Origin: Antedon mediterranea
Lineage: Eukaryota > Animalia > Echinodermata
Direction of reading: 5' to 3'
Length of the DNA stretch: 64,000 nucleotides
Assembly: GCF_964355755.1 (NCBI RefSeq)
Contig: NC_092678.1
Span: 17,279,881 to 17,343,880, forward strand
Shown here: positions 1-13,912 of the stretch, one piece after another
Layout: each line of letters opens with the position of its first letter
Numbering within the stretch: the stretch's first letter is position 1
The notes under the pieces: model-generated
What the model was told of the DNA's origin: nothing
The model's database searches: none
What the model saw: the letters and a program-made list of their open reading frames with translations, nothing else
Translations under genes and position numbers: made by a program

Positions 1-626
1 TTAAGCTAAAACACACTGACCTTGAATTTGTTGACTGTATAACATACTTGGGTCATGTGATTTGTAACTCTCTGAATGATGATAATGATAATATTAAGAA
101 ACAGTATCGAGCTCTGTGTATCAAAGCTAATGCATTATTCAGGACATTCTACAAATGTTCCGTTGAAGTTAAATGTCAGTTATTTAAAATGTTTTGCGTT
201 AATGTAGGCCAATACTGTATGACTCTATGGAGTAAATTCCGTGAAGGTACTGTAAACTAATTTAGAGTTTTCTTTAATAACGGGTTGCGTAAGCTACTGA
301 AAATTCTTAGTTATATCATGATGTTTTTTAACGAATAACGTTCCCTCATTCTATAATTTGATGGAACGCTATACATTATAGTTTTAAGAGCATAATTCAT
401 GACAGTTGCAATAGCCTGATTCAAACCATAGTTAACGTCCTAGCACAATCCAACCTACTGTACAGTACATCAGCGTTGGTACAAATTGGTATTTTTTAGG
501 ATATTGTAAGTTGATTTGTGGAAGTTGCTTATTTAATTTCCTGGTTAAATTGTTTCTATTTTTGTTTTTTGTATGAATTGTAATGGATGTACTATCCGAA
601 ATAAAGAAAATGAATGAATGAATGAA
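1..626 (+). mobile_element. 3' end of a decayed RTE-X-like non-LTR retrotransposon (second copy of 11832-12452)
   Basis: C-terminal ORF2 peptide (..KANALFRTFYKCSVEVKCQLFKMFC..), then AATAAA and a (TGAA)n tail at 600-626. Near-identical to 11832-12452. Confidence 0.75.
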
Positions 627-792
627 TAGTGTACCGTCATTTTAAAAGTGATATTATTGGCTTAATACAACGTCATGGTATTTAGAAACAGTTAAACCAA
701 CCCTTAAATGCATAATTTCACAATTAACCAGATTTACTTACAATTGTAAAGCTTGTTGTTACAAGTAAGGAAAAATGAGAATAAACACTTAC

Positions 793-864
793 AGTGTAAC
801 CAATGACGTCAAACCAACAAATTCATTTCCAGATAATGTAGTAATGTCGTTATAGCTTAAATCC
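793..864 (-). CDS. Gene A LRR exon 6 (DLSYNDITTLSGNEFVGLTSLVTL)
   Basis: 72 bp, phase 2-2, ttttattttgaag acceptor and gtaagt donor. Encodes one typical 24-aa LRR. Confidence 0.9.
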
Positions 865-1039
865 CTTCAAAATAAAAACATGAATACTTGGTAAAATAAC
901 AGTTCACGAGTTGAGGTTTCCTTCTTCGGGGAAAAATTGTTACAGTTTGGTGTGTATTTCAGCGGACAAAATTGTGACCGTAAAATAATTTATCTGCATT
1001 GTACTGTTAGTGTGTATTACGTGTCAGTGAAAATTAAAG

Positions 1040-1405
1040 ATGGTCGACAATGGTGCAAACATTAAAATATTAAAATTAAAATACAAAGTTTATCAATTGA
1101 GTACGTAGAACTAAAGATCCGAAGCCTAGTTGGTTGGAACTTGTTCCGCCAGAGATGGTTCCTGATCAAGTTAAAACTATCAAACACGTCACAGGAAGCG
1201 TGGACAAATGTGGAAAACGCGTCAAACGTCGAAGGAAAAAATTCAAACCTCCATCCATCTGTTATTTTTGGTAATGCGCACTCACTCAAAACAAGTGAAA
1301 TGGCTGCAAATGTATTCGAATACAGGGACAGTTGCCTTATGGCGATCACTGAAACTTGGCTAATTTAATCTTTTCGGATCATGGATCAAAAACTTGTTCT
1401 TGTTA
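1040..1405 (+). mobile_element. Rex1/Babar-like LINE endonuclease fragment (decayed)
   Basis: PSVIFGNAHSL..FEYRDSCLMAITETWL resembles the Rex1 APE N-terminus. Same block recurs at about 12860, 14480 and 16100. Confidence 0.6.
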
Positions 1406-1424
1406 TCTGGAAATATTAACATTA

Positions 1425-2080
1425 AACAGTACCAACGGAAATTACGATAATAAAGTATCTATTTTATTAATTTCGAAATACAAAGAAAAAATAACAACAA
1501 AATATCTATATTGTGCCAACAGAGGCCAAAAAGACTTATGTCCAATTAGGCGTGTCACTCTGACAGTGAAACAATTACAAGGTATAATTGATATAATACT
1601 AATTTAATGTTACTTTATCTCGTATTATCATTATTTGCATGTTTTAGCTGTTTTTCATTAACTGTATTTGCATCATTATAACAATGTTTTATCTAGATTG
1701 ACTGTAATCATGTTGTACTTTCCATATCATATGATTTCTAGATGTAGATCAATATCTACGATACAATACAACCGTTAAATGACGATGATCCATGTATTCT
1801 GCTATATTTTTATTTTTCATTATGGCCGCCGATGGTGCTACAGTAACTGAATTAAAGAGTCTTGTTCGCAAACAATACCAAAATAGAAAAACTCAAAAAG
1901 AGTATAAGAAAGATTACGTTTGGACGTATCACACATGAAACAGACAAGTATTCCGTAGAAGTATTAATTCCTAAAATAAAATAATTGTTTTTATGAGGCA
2001 TAGAGTTAAACTGACGTTTTCATGAGAAGAAAATATATAATATTTGTTCTACGTGCACAATAAGCTTATTACAACACTAT
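1425..2080. repeat. Intronic block shared with the gene B region (58440-58870, 60309-60410, 61296-61520)
   Basis: Direct-orientation near-identical stretches, e.g. cagtaccaacggaaattacgata.. and gtccaattaggcgtgtcact... Confidence 0.8.
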
Positions 2081-2523
2081 TGCAGATTATACGTACGGTG
2101 AATCGATGACGAGTCGGAGACGAACCGAACGGATCATCCAGGATTTCTGAAAAATCTGGCCAAGTGCGCCCACTTTGCGCAGCATTGTACGAAGGCGTGT
2201 GTATATTTGTTTTCGTATCTAATTTTGGCTTTCAAAAATTGTAGCGCAAAGCAATCGCTACTCCTGGATCCGCCCGCCGGAATATTTTGACATAAAATGA
2301 TAGAGGTTCAGACGTTCTGTGGTACATTTAAATTGTATTATTTGTATGTTCCCTTTAAACTTCATCTTAATTTCAAATATAATAATATCAATAAAGTAAT
2401 ACTGTTTACTTAGAAGTGTGTCAGTTATCCAGCACTGAAGAAAACAAACTCAGAAAAAATTTAAACACATGTGACCACGTTATTTGAACATTTTAAAGCT
2501 AAGTGAGTTAATTAATGAGATGT

Positions 2524-5500
2524 AAATAATAATAATAATAAATGAAAACTTAAAAAGCGCCGGTATCCTCCACCCATGTGGCGCTCATGGCACTTTGTGC
2601 ATTAACAACGTGCGAGAACATCAGCGAATAGCGACGTCTTTAGGTTGGTCTTGAAACTGTTTAGACTAGTTGAGCATTTAACTGTTGCTGGTAAGCTGTT
2701 CCATACACTTGCGGCCGCAACGTAAAAAGATCTCTGACCCCACTGAATTTTCGCTCTACGCTCTTGAAGAAGGTTTTGTGACAATGATCGTAGGCATCTG
2801 CGGGATGATTCGTAACGATCCACAAGGTCAGATAAATAAGCAGGAGCACTGTCATTTAGGATCTTGAATACAAACAACGCAAGTTTGTACTTAATACGTT
2901 GTTGAACAGGCAACCAATGCAAATCCATCAGGACAGGAGTTATGTGAGCGTTTGATTTTGTATAAGTTACAATTCTAGCTGCCATATTTTGCAAGCGCTG
3001 CAAACGTTGTATTTGAGATTTTGGTATGCCAAACAACAAGGCATTACCAATGTCAATTTTAGAAGTGACAAATGAGTGTACAATCAATTCAGCTGTTTTC
3101 TTGTTAAGATTACCGCGAATACGACCAAGGTTCCTAATCGATATGCATGCTGCTTTGGATACAGTTGTTATTTGTGCTTCCATAGTGAGATTACTATCCA
3201 GCATGATTCCCAGATTCCAGACCACCGATGAGGGAGCGATGTTAGAGTGTCCGATTCTGATATGTGTGATGTTGATTTTGGAGATGTTACATTTAGACCC
3301 GACGATAATAAACTCTGTCTTTCCATCATTCAACTTTAGGTAATTTGATGTCATCCAATTGCGAACATCTTCTATAAACAGGCTTCCATCTTACTGATTG
3401 CTGCAGCAACATCCCTTTGCACTGGATTTACTGACACATAAATCTGTGTATCATCTGCATAGAAATGGAAATGTAGACTGTGTTTGCGAATAATGTCACC
3501 AAGGGGAAGCGTATAAATGGAAAACTGGCCAGGCCCAATTACTGACCCCTGTGGTACACCATATTCCAGGCAAGCTTCATCTGAGAATGCATCATTGATA
3601 CAGACTAGCTGACGTCTTCCTGTAAGATATGACTGGAACCAGTTAAGAGCAACACCATTTATGCCAATGCGATTTCTCAGACGGGTTATCAGTCTTTGGT
3701 GATCAACTGTATCAAACGCTGCTGACAAATCCAACAACACCAATAGCGTTATTTTCCCATCATTCATTCCTTGTAACAAATCATTCTGTACCTTTAAAAG
3801 GGAACTCTCCGTGCTATGACATGCACGGTATGCCGACTGGTAATTCTCATTTAAATTATGCTTTTGAAGATATGGAGTAATGCGTGATGTCACTACACGC
3901 TCCAGAGTCTTTCCAAGAAAAGAAAGATTCGACACCGGGCGGTAATTTCTCAGCGTGTTATGATCCAAGTTTTGCTTTTTTATTAAAGGACGAACGTGAG
4001 CAATTTTCAGTTCATCTGGCACTATGCCGGTATTAAGAGAATGGTTAATGATTTCCGTTATTATTGGAACGACTGCGTCTATACACTTCTTCAGTATAGA
4101 AGTAGGAACTGGATCTAACCTGCATGATTTTGTTGGTGATTTCATCAGAATGTTGCGGATCTCATCTTGAGATGCTGGTGTAAATGTTGTGAGATGCTGA
4201 TGAACAGCTGTCACAGGCTCATTAAATGACATGTCATCAATCTTGAAGTCGTCTCTGATGATCTTGATCTTGTCTGTGAAAAACTGACAGAACCTGTTCG
4301 CAAGATCTAAGTCAGAAAGACTATCTGAGAGAGGTGATACCTGGCGATGATGAAGGAGTTGGTTAACAATTTTAAAAAGTCCTTTCTGATCTGCTGCATG
4401 TTCTTCACACAAGCCAATGTAGTAGTTGGCCTTTGCCTTTCTTACCATGGAATTTACATTCCTCTTCTGTGCAATGTAAGCTTGACGATCTATTTCCAGA
4501 TGAGAGATTCTCCATTTCTTTTCAAGCTTACGCTTTGTTCTTTTCTCAGCATAGATGTTACTGTTATACCAACTAGTGTTTGGTCGGATCTTTACTGTTC
4601 TCTTTTTCGGTGGTGCGTGTTTGTCAAGAAGTTCACTCAAAGTGGTGACATATAGTCGTACTTTACTTGATAAATCAAGATTTGAGAGCGAAGTTCCGAG
4701 ATCAGACTGTGTGATATCTTTACATAATGTCTCAAAATTTATAGCATTCCAATGACGAGTTTCGATGGATTTAGTGATTACGGGTGGCTTCTTGATAAGG
4801 AGATTACATGTGATTGCATAGTGATCTGATATACCATCAATGACATTAAGGTTTGAGAAAACAGGAGGATCAGATGAACGAGTGATCAGCAAGTCTAATG
4901 TATGACCATGTCGGTGTGTAGGTGTAGACACATGCTGTTGAAGACTGCTTGCTACAAGTAGATTCCGAAAATGAATTGCATCTGCATCATTTGGCATATC
5001 CACATGGATGTTAAAGTCTCCAACGAATAGTATGGGAGCCGGCTTCAATACATAGTGATCGACCAAAGTTGAGAATTCTTCAGTGAAAACATTTAGACTG
5101 CAACCCGTTGATTTGCTTTGAGAACGATATACTGCTACGAGGAAAACTGAGGATGCATTGCTGACTATTTCCACATTTAGCAGTTCAAATGATTTTGGTA
5201 ATAATCCCGTGTCATAACATTTAACCGCTATGCTTTCCTTGTAAAGAAGTGCAACTCCACCACCTCTTTTAGTACCAGCACGGGGAGCATGTTTGAGAGA
5301 GTATCCGTTGGGTGTAATATTTCCTATAACTGATGTGTCTTCTGGTTTAAGCCACGTTTCCGAAAGGGCAACAACATCCAGATTATGTTCGATAACGAAA
5401 TCCACAAATTCTGTTGTTTTGTTCCGAACGGATCTTCTATTAATACTGCAAAATTTAATATTGTTTTTAGATAAGAGAGAGTTTGATGATAAGTCCGGAA

Positions 5501-5810
5501 ATGATAGATTGTTTTTAGTGTGTTTGTCACGCCCAGCTCTTGTACCACGCCTGGTTTTTCTTTTTGGCCTCCTTGGTAATAGGTGACTACTACAGCTACT
5601 GGAGTTCAACTTAAAAGATTGTATAATTAAGCAAGATTCTTCAGGAAGTTCACAACTGTTATTGTTGTTGGTTACACAGCCCTGTAAACCATGAAGAAAC
5701 TCAGAGCTATAGCTAATTAGCATGACAACAGCAGATCTTCAAGCATGAGGTGTACAAGGTCATTTACATAACAATATGCACAGTCAGATTGAAAGTACAG
5801 GGCTAGCTTC
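2524..5810 (-). mobile_element. Near full-length L2/CR1-group LINE (APE endonuclease plus RT) with one frameshift
   Basis: ORF 5723-3372 has RTRAG, ALSETW, GDFN, SDH, YRPVS, LDLSAAFDTVDH, GVPQGS and YADD. It continues as ORF 3354-2602 after a frameshift near 3375 (tgtTTatagaa). (TTA)n tail at 2524-2541. 5' boundary approximate. Confidence 0.92.
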
Positions 5811-7638
5811 CCACTGATGCTAGTAGACCATTGTTCTTGAGCAGTGATGAGTTTGAATTAAAACAATAAAGGCACAAGCAGGGCCTAGCTGAACTTCAGG
5901 AAACAACAAGAAAAACAACTGCGATTTACTCCAAGATACGATTATTTCCACATAAGAAATTTGTGAATATATGGTGCTCAATTTGCTATTCCAGCATCCA
6001 GTAAAACTTATTTGATGAAAAAAACCATCTGCAAACAGATACGAAGTTGTTATGCACAGAGCAATATAGAGCCGCCACATGGGCGCTGCAACCTCCTCTA
6101 GTAAAGCACATTGAAGGCCAGTAACGTCGCTAATAGTTCCACTGGAAATACGCCTTTTCACGATATGGAAGACATCTTCTTCGATGGATGACAAAATAAT
6201 AATATGAGCAAAGCGTAGCCAATGGTTCTGTCCACAACAGATTGTGGACAAGCCCATAATAACGACCATATTAATGTCAAAGGCAAAGTTACTAAAACAT
6301 TCATAACTGATTAACGGCGGACAGTCAAAATGAAATTCCAAAAATGTTAGTCACCTTAAGCATACTATTTTGTCCCCTCCGAAGAAATGTATATTCAGTG
6401 GTTAGTTTGATTATTCTACATGTTGACTTACATAATAAAACCATCGAAACATGTTAATCTAAACTTTCACAAATGTGTGCTTATAATCATCTCGTTCGGT
6501 TTTATCAAAGAAATACTGTCAACATTCTAACAAATCTCGCCCTTTCTCCAAGTATTATTCAATGTTAATTTAATTTAACAAAAAAAATTGATTAAACATG
6601 TAGATTATTTATTATTTAAAAAGGCAACCAGTGAACGTTACTGGTGAGAGAACCACTAAAACCGTGGCGTGTCTCGACATCCAGTCCATGGTGTTTAAAG
6701 TTAGAATACACTGCTCCAGGAAGACGCTACCTTAATCCACGTTAGGGCAAATGAGCACTGTCTGTAAGACTCTGTTATGCAGAAATGTATATCAAATGAA
6801 AACGAAAAGGAAAGTCTGGAGTTGTGACTAACCATCTATTTCAGCCAAACAAAAAATGGAACATACTCTATCGACAAAATAGGGACCAAATCAGAACCCA
6901 TCAAGATCATATGTATAACTCGACTGCTGATAAATGACGAACGTAAGCTATTTACACGCTACCACTGTAAGGAGCTCGAAAGCAGAGATGAATAGATGAA
7001 TGGATGATAAAATTAATAACTTGCACTACTATATCCTAATTGATAATGAAATAAACATGAACTATATTAATGACATTACAATTGTTAACTGAACTGAAGT
7101 ACATGATGAACAACCACTATTTAGTTTTATAATGAACTTCTGTAATATGAACAAATTGAAACTACTTAATTTGTATTTTTACATTACTTTATTGTCAAAA
7201 ACCAACGTAATAAAATATTAGAATATAGGCCTACAGCACCGGATATTTATGATAACGTGATCTAATGATTATTTGAATAGACACCACACCTAGGAAATTG
7301 AATACAACAATTCTGTAGTCAAAATTAAACTGGTTTCTTGTGATAGCGTCAACAAGCATTATTGACATGAGTAGTGTACTCCATATTATTGGTATGATGT
7401 ACTGTAAGTCCCTCCGGATATATTTAAAGTTACTGGACTTATTATTAATAGTTTTTCGTTAGTAAATTGACACTTTATACTGCCTTAGTAGGTTCCGATG
7501 AACCTTAGAATCAGGAAAAACTTCAAATATCATATCTTATATTATGTCTAATTTCATAATTAACATGATTGCCTTGCAATGTAAATCAGCATTCTTTACA
7601 TTTTTTGGATGCATACAATTATAAGAAGAAATACTTAC

Positions 7639-7710
7639 AGTATTTGCAAAGATGTTAAACCACCAAATACATTTGCAGGCAATGATTGTAAGTGGTTTTC
7701 GTTTAAATAT
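7639..7710 (-). CDS. Gene A LRR exon 5 (YLNENHLQSLPANVFGGLTSLQIL)
   Basis: 72 bp, phase 2-2, ctttttgttgttgaag acceptor, gtaagt donor. Confidence 0.9.
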
Positions 7711-8575
7711 CTTCAACAACAAAAAGAAACAAAAGTTAGTAATTAAACATTCACGAGCTGTTTTGAAGGATGTCGTCTTTGTTTTTGGACACAAAAGTAA
7801 ATTAAAATATGTTGGCCGTATAGAATAGGTGTCTGTGGAAATTACTATATGGCCGATAACGTTACGAACGTTTGGTTATTACACAAATGAAAATGTAAAT
7901 AAAGTGCATGATCGAATAGTTTTAGGGTTCTAAGATGGAGAAATAGACATCAAACTCGTCTGCTGTCATTCGTCTGAAAGTCAATATAAACGGTCAGGCC
8001 GTTATTATAAATGAGAAAAAACGTAGTAAAAGTGTAGTATTATACTTAAACTTAATTTAAACTTTTCATAAAATGTCGATTGATGTTACGTATGAAGTGA
8101 TATCCGGGAACATTGCGTCAAGTTTATCGAACAATTTGGGTACGAACTTTCAAAAACCGCTTTATCATGCCATTAAGTAATTGTTCATATAAAGAATCGA
8201 TTTTCCTATATCAATGTAAACGATTCCATGTGGTTCATGTTCTAAAAAAACTGCTATTGTTAGCCCTGAAAAAAAAGAACCTATTATACTTTTACGGACC
8301 ATTTTCGCTGAACACGTCGAAGATGTTGGTACTTAGCATTAGTTAGTTTTAAGTTGGACAAAAGCAGTTTATTAACTTTAAAAGGAGCATCCCAACCATT
8401 GCCTGGTCGGCGATCTTTTGACTAAACGTCCTAAATATATTTTTGAACAAACAAAGTTAAATCAAATCATCTGAACTCATATTATTAGTTAGTAAATTGA
8501 ATTTTAGAAACATCTACACATATCATATATCTGTAAATCTGCAGCATATTTGAAGTATAAAATTATAAGAAAACA

Positions 8576-8636
8576 CAGTATTTGCAAAGATTTTTAACCA
8601 CATTTGCAGGCAATGATTTTCGTCGTATAAATACCT
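8576..8636 (-). pseudogene. Decayed duplicate of LRR exon 5 (pseudoexon)
   Basis: Shares cagtatttgcaaagat..catttgcaggcaatgatt and flanks with 7639-7710. Has internal deletions and lacks the gtaagt donor. Confidence 0.7.
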
Positions 8637-9747
8637 TGTAAATGTTGTAAATAAACACAGGAGCTGTTTTGAAGGATGTCTTTGTTTTGGAAAAAATAGT
8701 TTCACTTGCGTATATGTCAATGATTAACATAGAGTGGTTGTAAAATAATAAGTGTCAGTGGAAAATAATAGATGCTGATGTTAACATGCTAATAAAAAAA
8801 AGAAGAGTAACATTACAAATGTAAGAGTTTAGCTTTATAATGTATTTGTAATAGGTAGTCTCTGTAGCAAGGGCAAATTCTCACCCGACTAAACATAGCT
8901 GAAATAATAGTTGATGTAGACCTAATCTGACCTACATGAATTTTAGAATTGAGAATAACCAAACGAATTAAGAACAATTTTTACAGAAAATTGATGGTAT
9001 AATGATGATTTATTTGCAGTTTAAGAAGTGACAGTATTTTCCCTTCTCTTATCTTATCTTATCTAGGTCTACTGCAGAATGTGAACGGAAACATCCGTAT
9101 ACGTTTGACAAAAAGTATAAAAAATTACCTATAAAAAGATTGACCAGTTTATAATAATCTCATAGCGCCGTTACACACTCACATAATTATTATTTGTTTG
9201 TACAATAATGTAAGCAAATAGACTGGAAGATACTAAAGCATTTTTTAAAAACTATAACACAATACTACTGTTGTAAGGTCTATAACCCACAAGGGCTTTG
9301 ATGTTACTGTAATGATCAATAACTGTACCATTAACATTGGTCAAATCAAGTAAACATGTTCCTACCAAGAATAACCTGTAATACAAAAATGTAAACATAA
9401 TAATACAATTTTAATATAAATTTTATTGACAAAAAGAGAGATAGACGTTTCATTACTATCATAGAAACATTTTCAAGATCAAGTGAATCCAAATCAATAA
9501 TAATTATTTGCACTAAGCACCAAAGTTGGTGACATGAAATGCTACTGAGGGATTGAAATTAAATATTAAACGTCTTTTAATTCATAATAATACAACTTAA
9601 AACTATCATTTTAATTATTTTGCAAAAAAACAAAAAAACACACATATTTTATGTTTTATCCGCTTTGATTAAGAATAAATTGAATAATGTGTTATTGTTC
9701 AGAGTCATACCACAAGGCTTCAATTAAAAAAATATACTTTAACGTAC

Positions 9748-12452
9748 TAATGTTATAGGATCTAGTATGTCAACAAATTACACCAGGTATGTATGCAATA
9801 TTTTACTCCAGAAGATGTTAAAATACTCAAGAATAAACTAGCTAAGTAACTGATGGGGGTGACAGTGTCGTATTAAAACGTCGTCAAAAAGTCGAGAATA
9901 ATATGACCGGTATCTTATCATTTCTTATTAACAATAATGTTGAATTAAAGAATTCTGACATTTCCTGCTGTGAACTTATCTAAAATTGCAACTGTTGATA
10001 TTGGGGCTGTAGATACTGCCTCGTTATATCGTGAGATAAACAAGATACCATTTGATTTGCAGCTTGTAAAAGGAGATGTTGAGCATGGTTTTACTGAAAG
10101 ACAACACATCAAGATTAAGCTGAATGAGTGTTATTGAACAGTCAAAACTTCATTGAACTGCAATAATGCTAGCAACGCCAAGTATTTTCCTAATGCTGTT
10201 TAAGTGATGCTTCTCGTCAAGGTACGTATAAGCAAAAGCCACAAAAAAGCAGACACATGCCTTCCTTGGAATTATGTCCGTTGATACCACCGTGGATGGA
10301 AATCAATGCAAAAGTGAGTGCTTTGACTGTTAAAAGTGATGAATATGCTCCTTTATTGTTGAGCTGTGATGCTAAATATAAAGAGAATATATACTTGGTC
10401 CGTCACTCTGGCCTGCTAATGCCATCATTCGTAAATATTATGAGCCTAGAATTGGTTTGAAAGATAATCAATATGACTCCAGCTTTAACCATACTGGTTA
10501 GTCATGGCTGTTCATCAAACTTGTGATGTCCGAGTAGTTTCATATAACTGTAAGAAATTAAAGTCTAAACAGAAGAAGATTATTGACTTATGCGAGACGT
10601 ATGATGTTATTTGTTTGCAAGAAACATGGCTATGTTATGATGAGCTTCACCTCTTGGAAACGCTGTATATTGATTTTGACTGTTATGGCACGTCGTCTAT
10701 TGATACCTCCGCATCTCTGGAAGTGTAGCTACATTGTTTAGAAAGAGTTTATATAGTTCTGGTAGGCTGTGAGAATCGGGGTTCACGTCTGACACGTTTA
10801 CCTTCTATAGCACATAACACAACCAGTCGGTTGGACCATTTAGTTTCCACTCAGAGTTCTCATTCTAGTTTAAGTAATTGTAATTGTAGTTTTGCGTCAG
10901 GTAGTTGAGTGATTAGATGTTTTGCCCTACTAAGTAAAATTGAGAATATTTGCGAAAACATTCGCAAGTAGTTCTCGGGTGAGACTCGAACCCACGACCT
11001 CCAGATCACTAGCCTGGCGTTCATACCTCTAGACCACCGAGCTTGCGCTGATGGCCAGTGGTTAGATTCGAGCTCAAGTAAGCAGCGGGTACTGCACCAA
11101 CAGGATTGTAATTGTAGTTTTAGCTATTGTAATTTTAGCTATATGATTTCATAGGGTCTGATCATTTCTCTATTGCATTTTGTATTAATGATGTTTTATG
11201 GGATAAGCCTATAACCCATGATTCAAGATAACGACAGACATAACATTGCAACTATTGTTAACTGCAAGTCCGTTAGTAAACAGGATATTGATAAGTACAC
11301 TTATACCACATGTATTACTTAATAGTCTTTTAATTAAGTCCTAAGCTTTCAATTGCCATAGTTTCTTTCTGGACGCACCAAAAGCGTTCGATCGAGTCAA
11401 ATCTTATTTAAAGTTTTAGTTGAAAGAGGTGTGCCTATCTTTGTAGTTAGGAGCTTACGACACTGGTTTGATAATCAAGAATTTGTTGTTAAATGGGGAC
11501 ATTGTGTCCCTTCACTTTTTTTCTGTTATTAACGGTGTGCGCCAAGGGGGTGTAATGTCTCCACTGCTTTACAATGTAGCCTATTATATTGACGATCTTT
11601 ATGTACAACTTAGAGAGTCCAATCATGGGTGTACTATTGGTGATAACAAAGTTAATTGTCTCAGTTACGCTGATGACATGCTTCTCATGGCTTCTTTTTC
11701 TATTGGAGTACTGAATCTCATTAATGTTTTTGAACTTTATGCTACGAATCGAGATATTGTGTACGGTACTATACAATCCAAGTGTATGTTTTTATGTGCT
11801 CGTGTACGTAAGTTACAAGGTTGACCTAGTGTTAAGCTAAACCACAATGACCTTGAATTTGTTGACTGTATAACATACTTGGGTCATGTGATTTTTAACT
11901 CTCTGAATTATGATAATGATATTAAGAAACAGTATCGAGCTCTGTATATCAAAGCTAATGCATTATACAGGACATTCTACAAATGTTCCGTTGAAGTTAA
12001 ATGTCAGTTATTTAAAATGTTTTGCGTTAATGTAGGTCAATACTGTATGACTCTATGGAGTAAATTCCGTGAAGGTACTGTAAACTAATTTAAAGTTTTC
12101 TTTAATAACGGGTTGCGTAAGCTACTGAAAATTCTTAGTTATAGCATGATGTTTTTTAACGAATAACGTTCCCTCATTCTATAATTAGATGGAACGCTAT
12201 ACATTATAGTTTTAAGAACATAATTAATGACAGTTGCAATAGCCTGATTCAAACCATAGTCTGTTAACGTCCTTACACAATCCAACCTACATCAGCGTTG
12301 GTACAAATTGGTATTTAGGATATTGTAGGTTGGTTTTGTGGAAGTGGCTTATATTGTTAATTTCCTGGTGAAATTGTTTCTATTTTTGTTTTTTGTATGA
12401 TTTGTATATGGATGTACTATCCGAAATAAAGAAAATGAATGAATGGGTGAAT
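9748..12452 (+). mobile_element. Decayed RTE-X-like non-LTR retrotransposon
   Basis: APE fragment (SYNC..DVICLQETWL), RT fragment (NGVRQGGVMSPLLYN..YADDMLL) and (TGAA)n tail. Its flanks join to match the uninterrupted intron near 18230 (aacgtaccgtcattttac). Confidence 0.75.
10894..11104 (-). mobile_element. tRNA-derived SINE-like insertion with 17-bp TSD
   Basis: attgtaattgtagtttt is duplicated at 10877-10893 and 11105-11121. Internal tRNA-like segment (about 10970-11043) has A box TGGTCTAGAGG, B box GGTTCGAGTC and an AGT anticodon position. Confidence 0.75.
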
Positions 12453-12623
12453 AGTGTACCGTCATTTTAAAAGTGATATTATTGGCCTAATACAACGTAC
12501 TGATATTTAGAAACAGTTAAACCTACCCTTAAATGCATAATTTTACAATTAACATGATTTACTTACAATTGTAAAGCTTTTAAATGTTTACCAGTAAGGA
12601 AAAACATGAGAATAAACACTTAC

Positions 12624-12695
12624 AGTGTAACCAATGATGTCAAACCACCAAATGCATTTTCATGCAATATAGTAATGTCATTACTTCCTAAATTC
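12624..12695 (-). CDS. Gene A LRR exon 4 (NLGSNDITILHENAFGGLTSLVTL)
   Basis: 72 bp, phase 2-2, canonical ag/gtaagt splice sites. Confidence 0.9.
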
Positions 12696-12859
12696 CTTAA
12701 AAATAAAAACATAAATACATGTTAAAATAACAGTTCACGAGTTGATGTTTTCTTCTTTGGGAAAAATAGGTACAGTTTGGTGTGTATGTCAGTGGACAAA
12801 ATAGTGACCGTCAAATAATTTATCTGTATTGTACTGTTAGTATGTCAAATCAAAAGTTA

Positions 12860-13620
12860 AAATATTATTAAAATTAAAATACAAAGTTTATCAATCAAGT
12901 ACGTAGAACAAAAAGATCGGAAGCCTAACTGGTCGGAACCTGTTCGCCAGAGATGGATCCTGATCAAGTTCAAACTGTCAAACACGTCACAGGAAGCGTG
13001 GACAAATGTGGAAGACGCGTCAAACTTCGAAGGAAAAAATTCAACCCTCCAATGCCAGCTGTTATTTTTGGTAATGCTCACTCACTCAAAAACAATTGAA
13101 TTGGCTGCAAATGCCAGTATACAGGGACAGTTGCCAGTTGCGCTCACTGAAACTTGGCTAAATGAATCTTTATCGGATCATGGATCAAAAAATTTTTCTT
13201 GTAACCTGCAATTATTAAAAGTTGCCCATCGTCCCTTTTACTTGTAAAGGGAATTCTCGCAAGTTCTAGTCATCATTATCTATAGGCCTATACACCAGAA
13301 AGCAGACTACAAAGTAGCTTGCACTAAAGTCGCTGAGGTAGATAGACACCTAATATAAGCTGCAAATCTCCAGATTAAAAAAAGCTCTTACTAGGTGATT
13401 TCAACAAAGGATCCCATAAAGAGCTTTCAAAGGTAATTCCACACCTTCATCAATATGTAAACGTTGCTACGAGAAAAGGCACTATACTTGATATGTGCTA
13501 TGGATATAGTTAAAATGCTTATACAGCAAAGAGATATCCAGGCATTGGGCGGTCAGATCACGAAATGATACAGCATGATCCAAAGCTATAATTCACGAAC
13601 TTAGGAAGCCTCAAAATGAA
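12860..13620 (+). mobile_element. Rex1/Babar-like endonuclease fragment (copy in a tandem unit)
   Basis: ETWL..HRPFYL.REF..GDFN..TRKG.ILD..GRSDH motifs, with stops and frameshifts. Confidence 0.7.
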
Positions 13621-13697
13621 TATGATACACGCACATATCTTTAATTATGATATTCATTAGGCCTACATTTGGCCTGGGTTAACCCATTGTGGTGCTG

Positions 13698-13912
13698 TTT
13701 TTTTAGTCGCGTGGACGCGACTCAATAGTTCACTATGTCGGTCGGTCGGTCGGTCTGTCGGTCTGTCTGTCGGTCTGGTATCACTATGCGTTTTATCGCT
13801 TTTCTGTACTTTTTGAACTGTTTTGATGTACAGAAAAGTTTTAAAGTACATTACTTTTTGAAAGTTCATTTTTTTCTGAGAGCACGCGACTTATGGCTGT
13901 TGGCCTTGTTTA
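13698..13912 (+). mobile_element. HINE/DINE-1-like (Helentron-associated) non-autonomous element
   Basis: T-run flanks, subterminal inverted repeat agtcgcgtg..cacgcgact, (GTCG/GTCT)n microsatellite and a small 3' hairpin. Copies at 15328-15540 and 26553-26695. Confidence 0.65.

Noticed and set aside
5820-6341. 173-aa minus-strand ORF as LINE ORF1 or a host gene
   Set aside because: Non-ATG start, no recognisable motif, and no phase-compatible link to gene A.
10970-11043. Functional tRNA-Thr gene
   Set aside because: Imperfect acceptor stem, and it lies in a TSD-flanked insertion inside a dead LINE.
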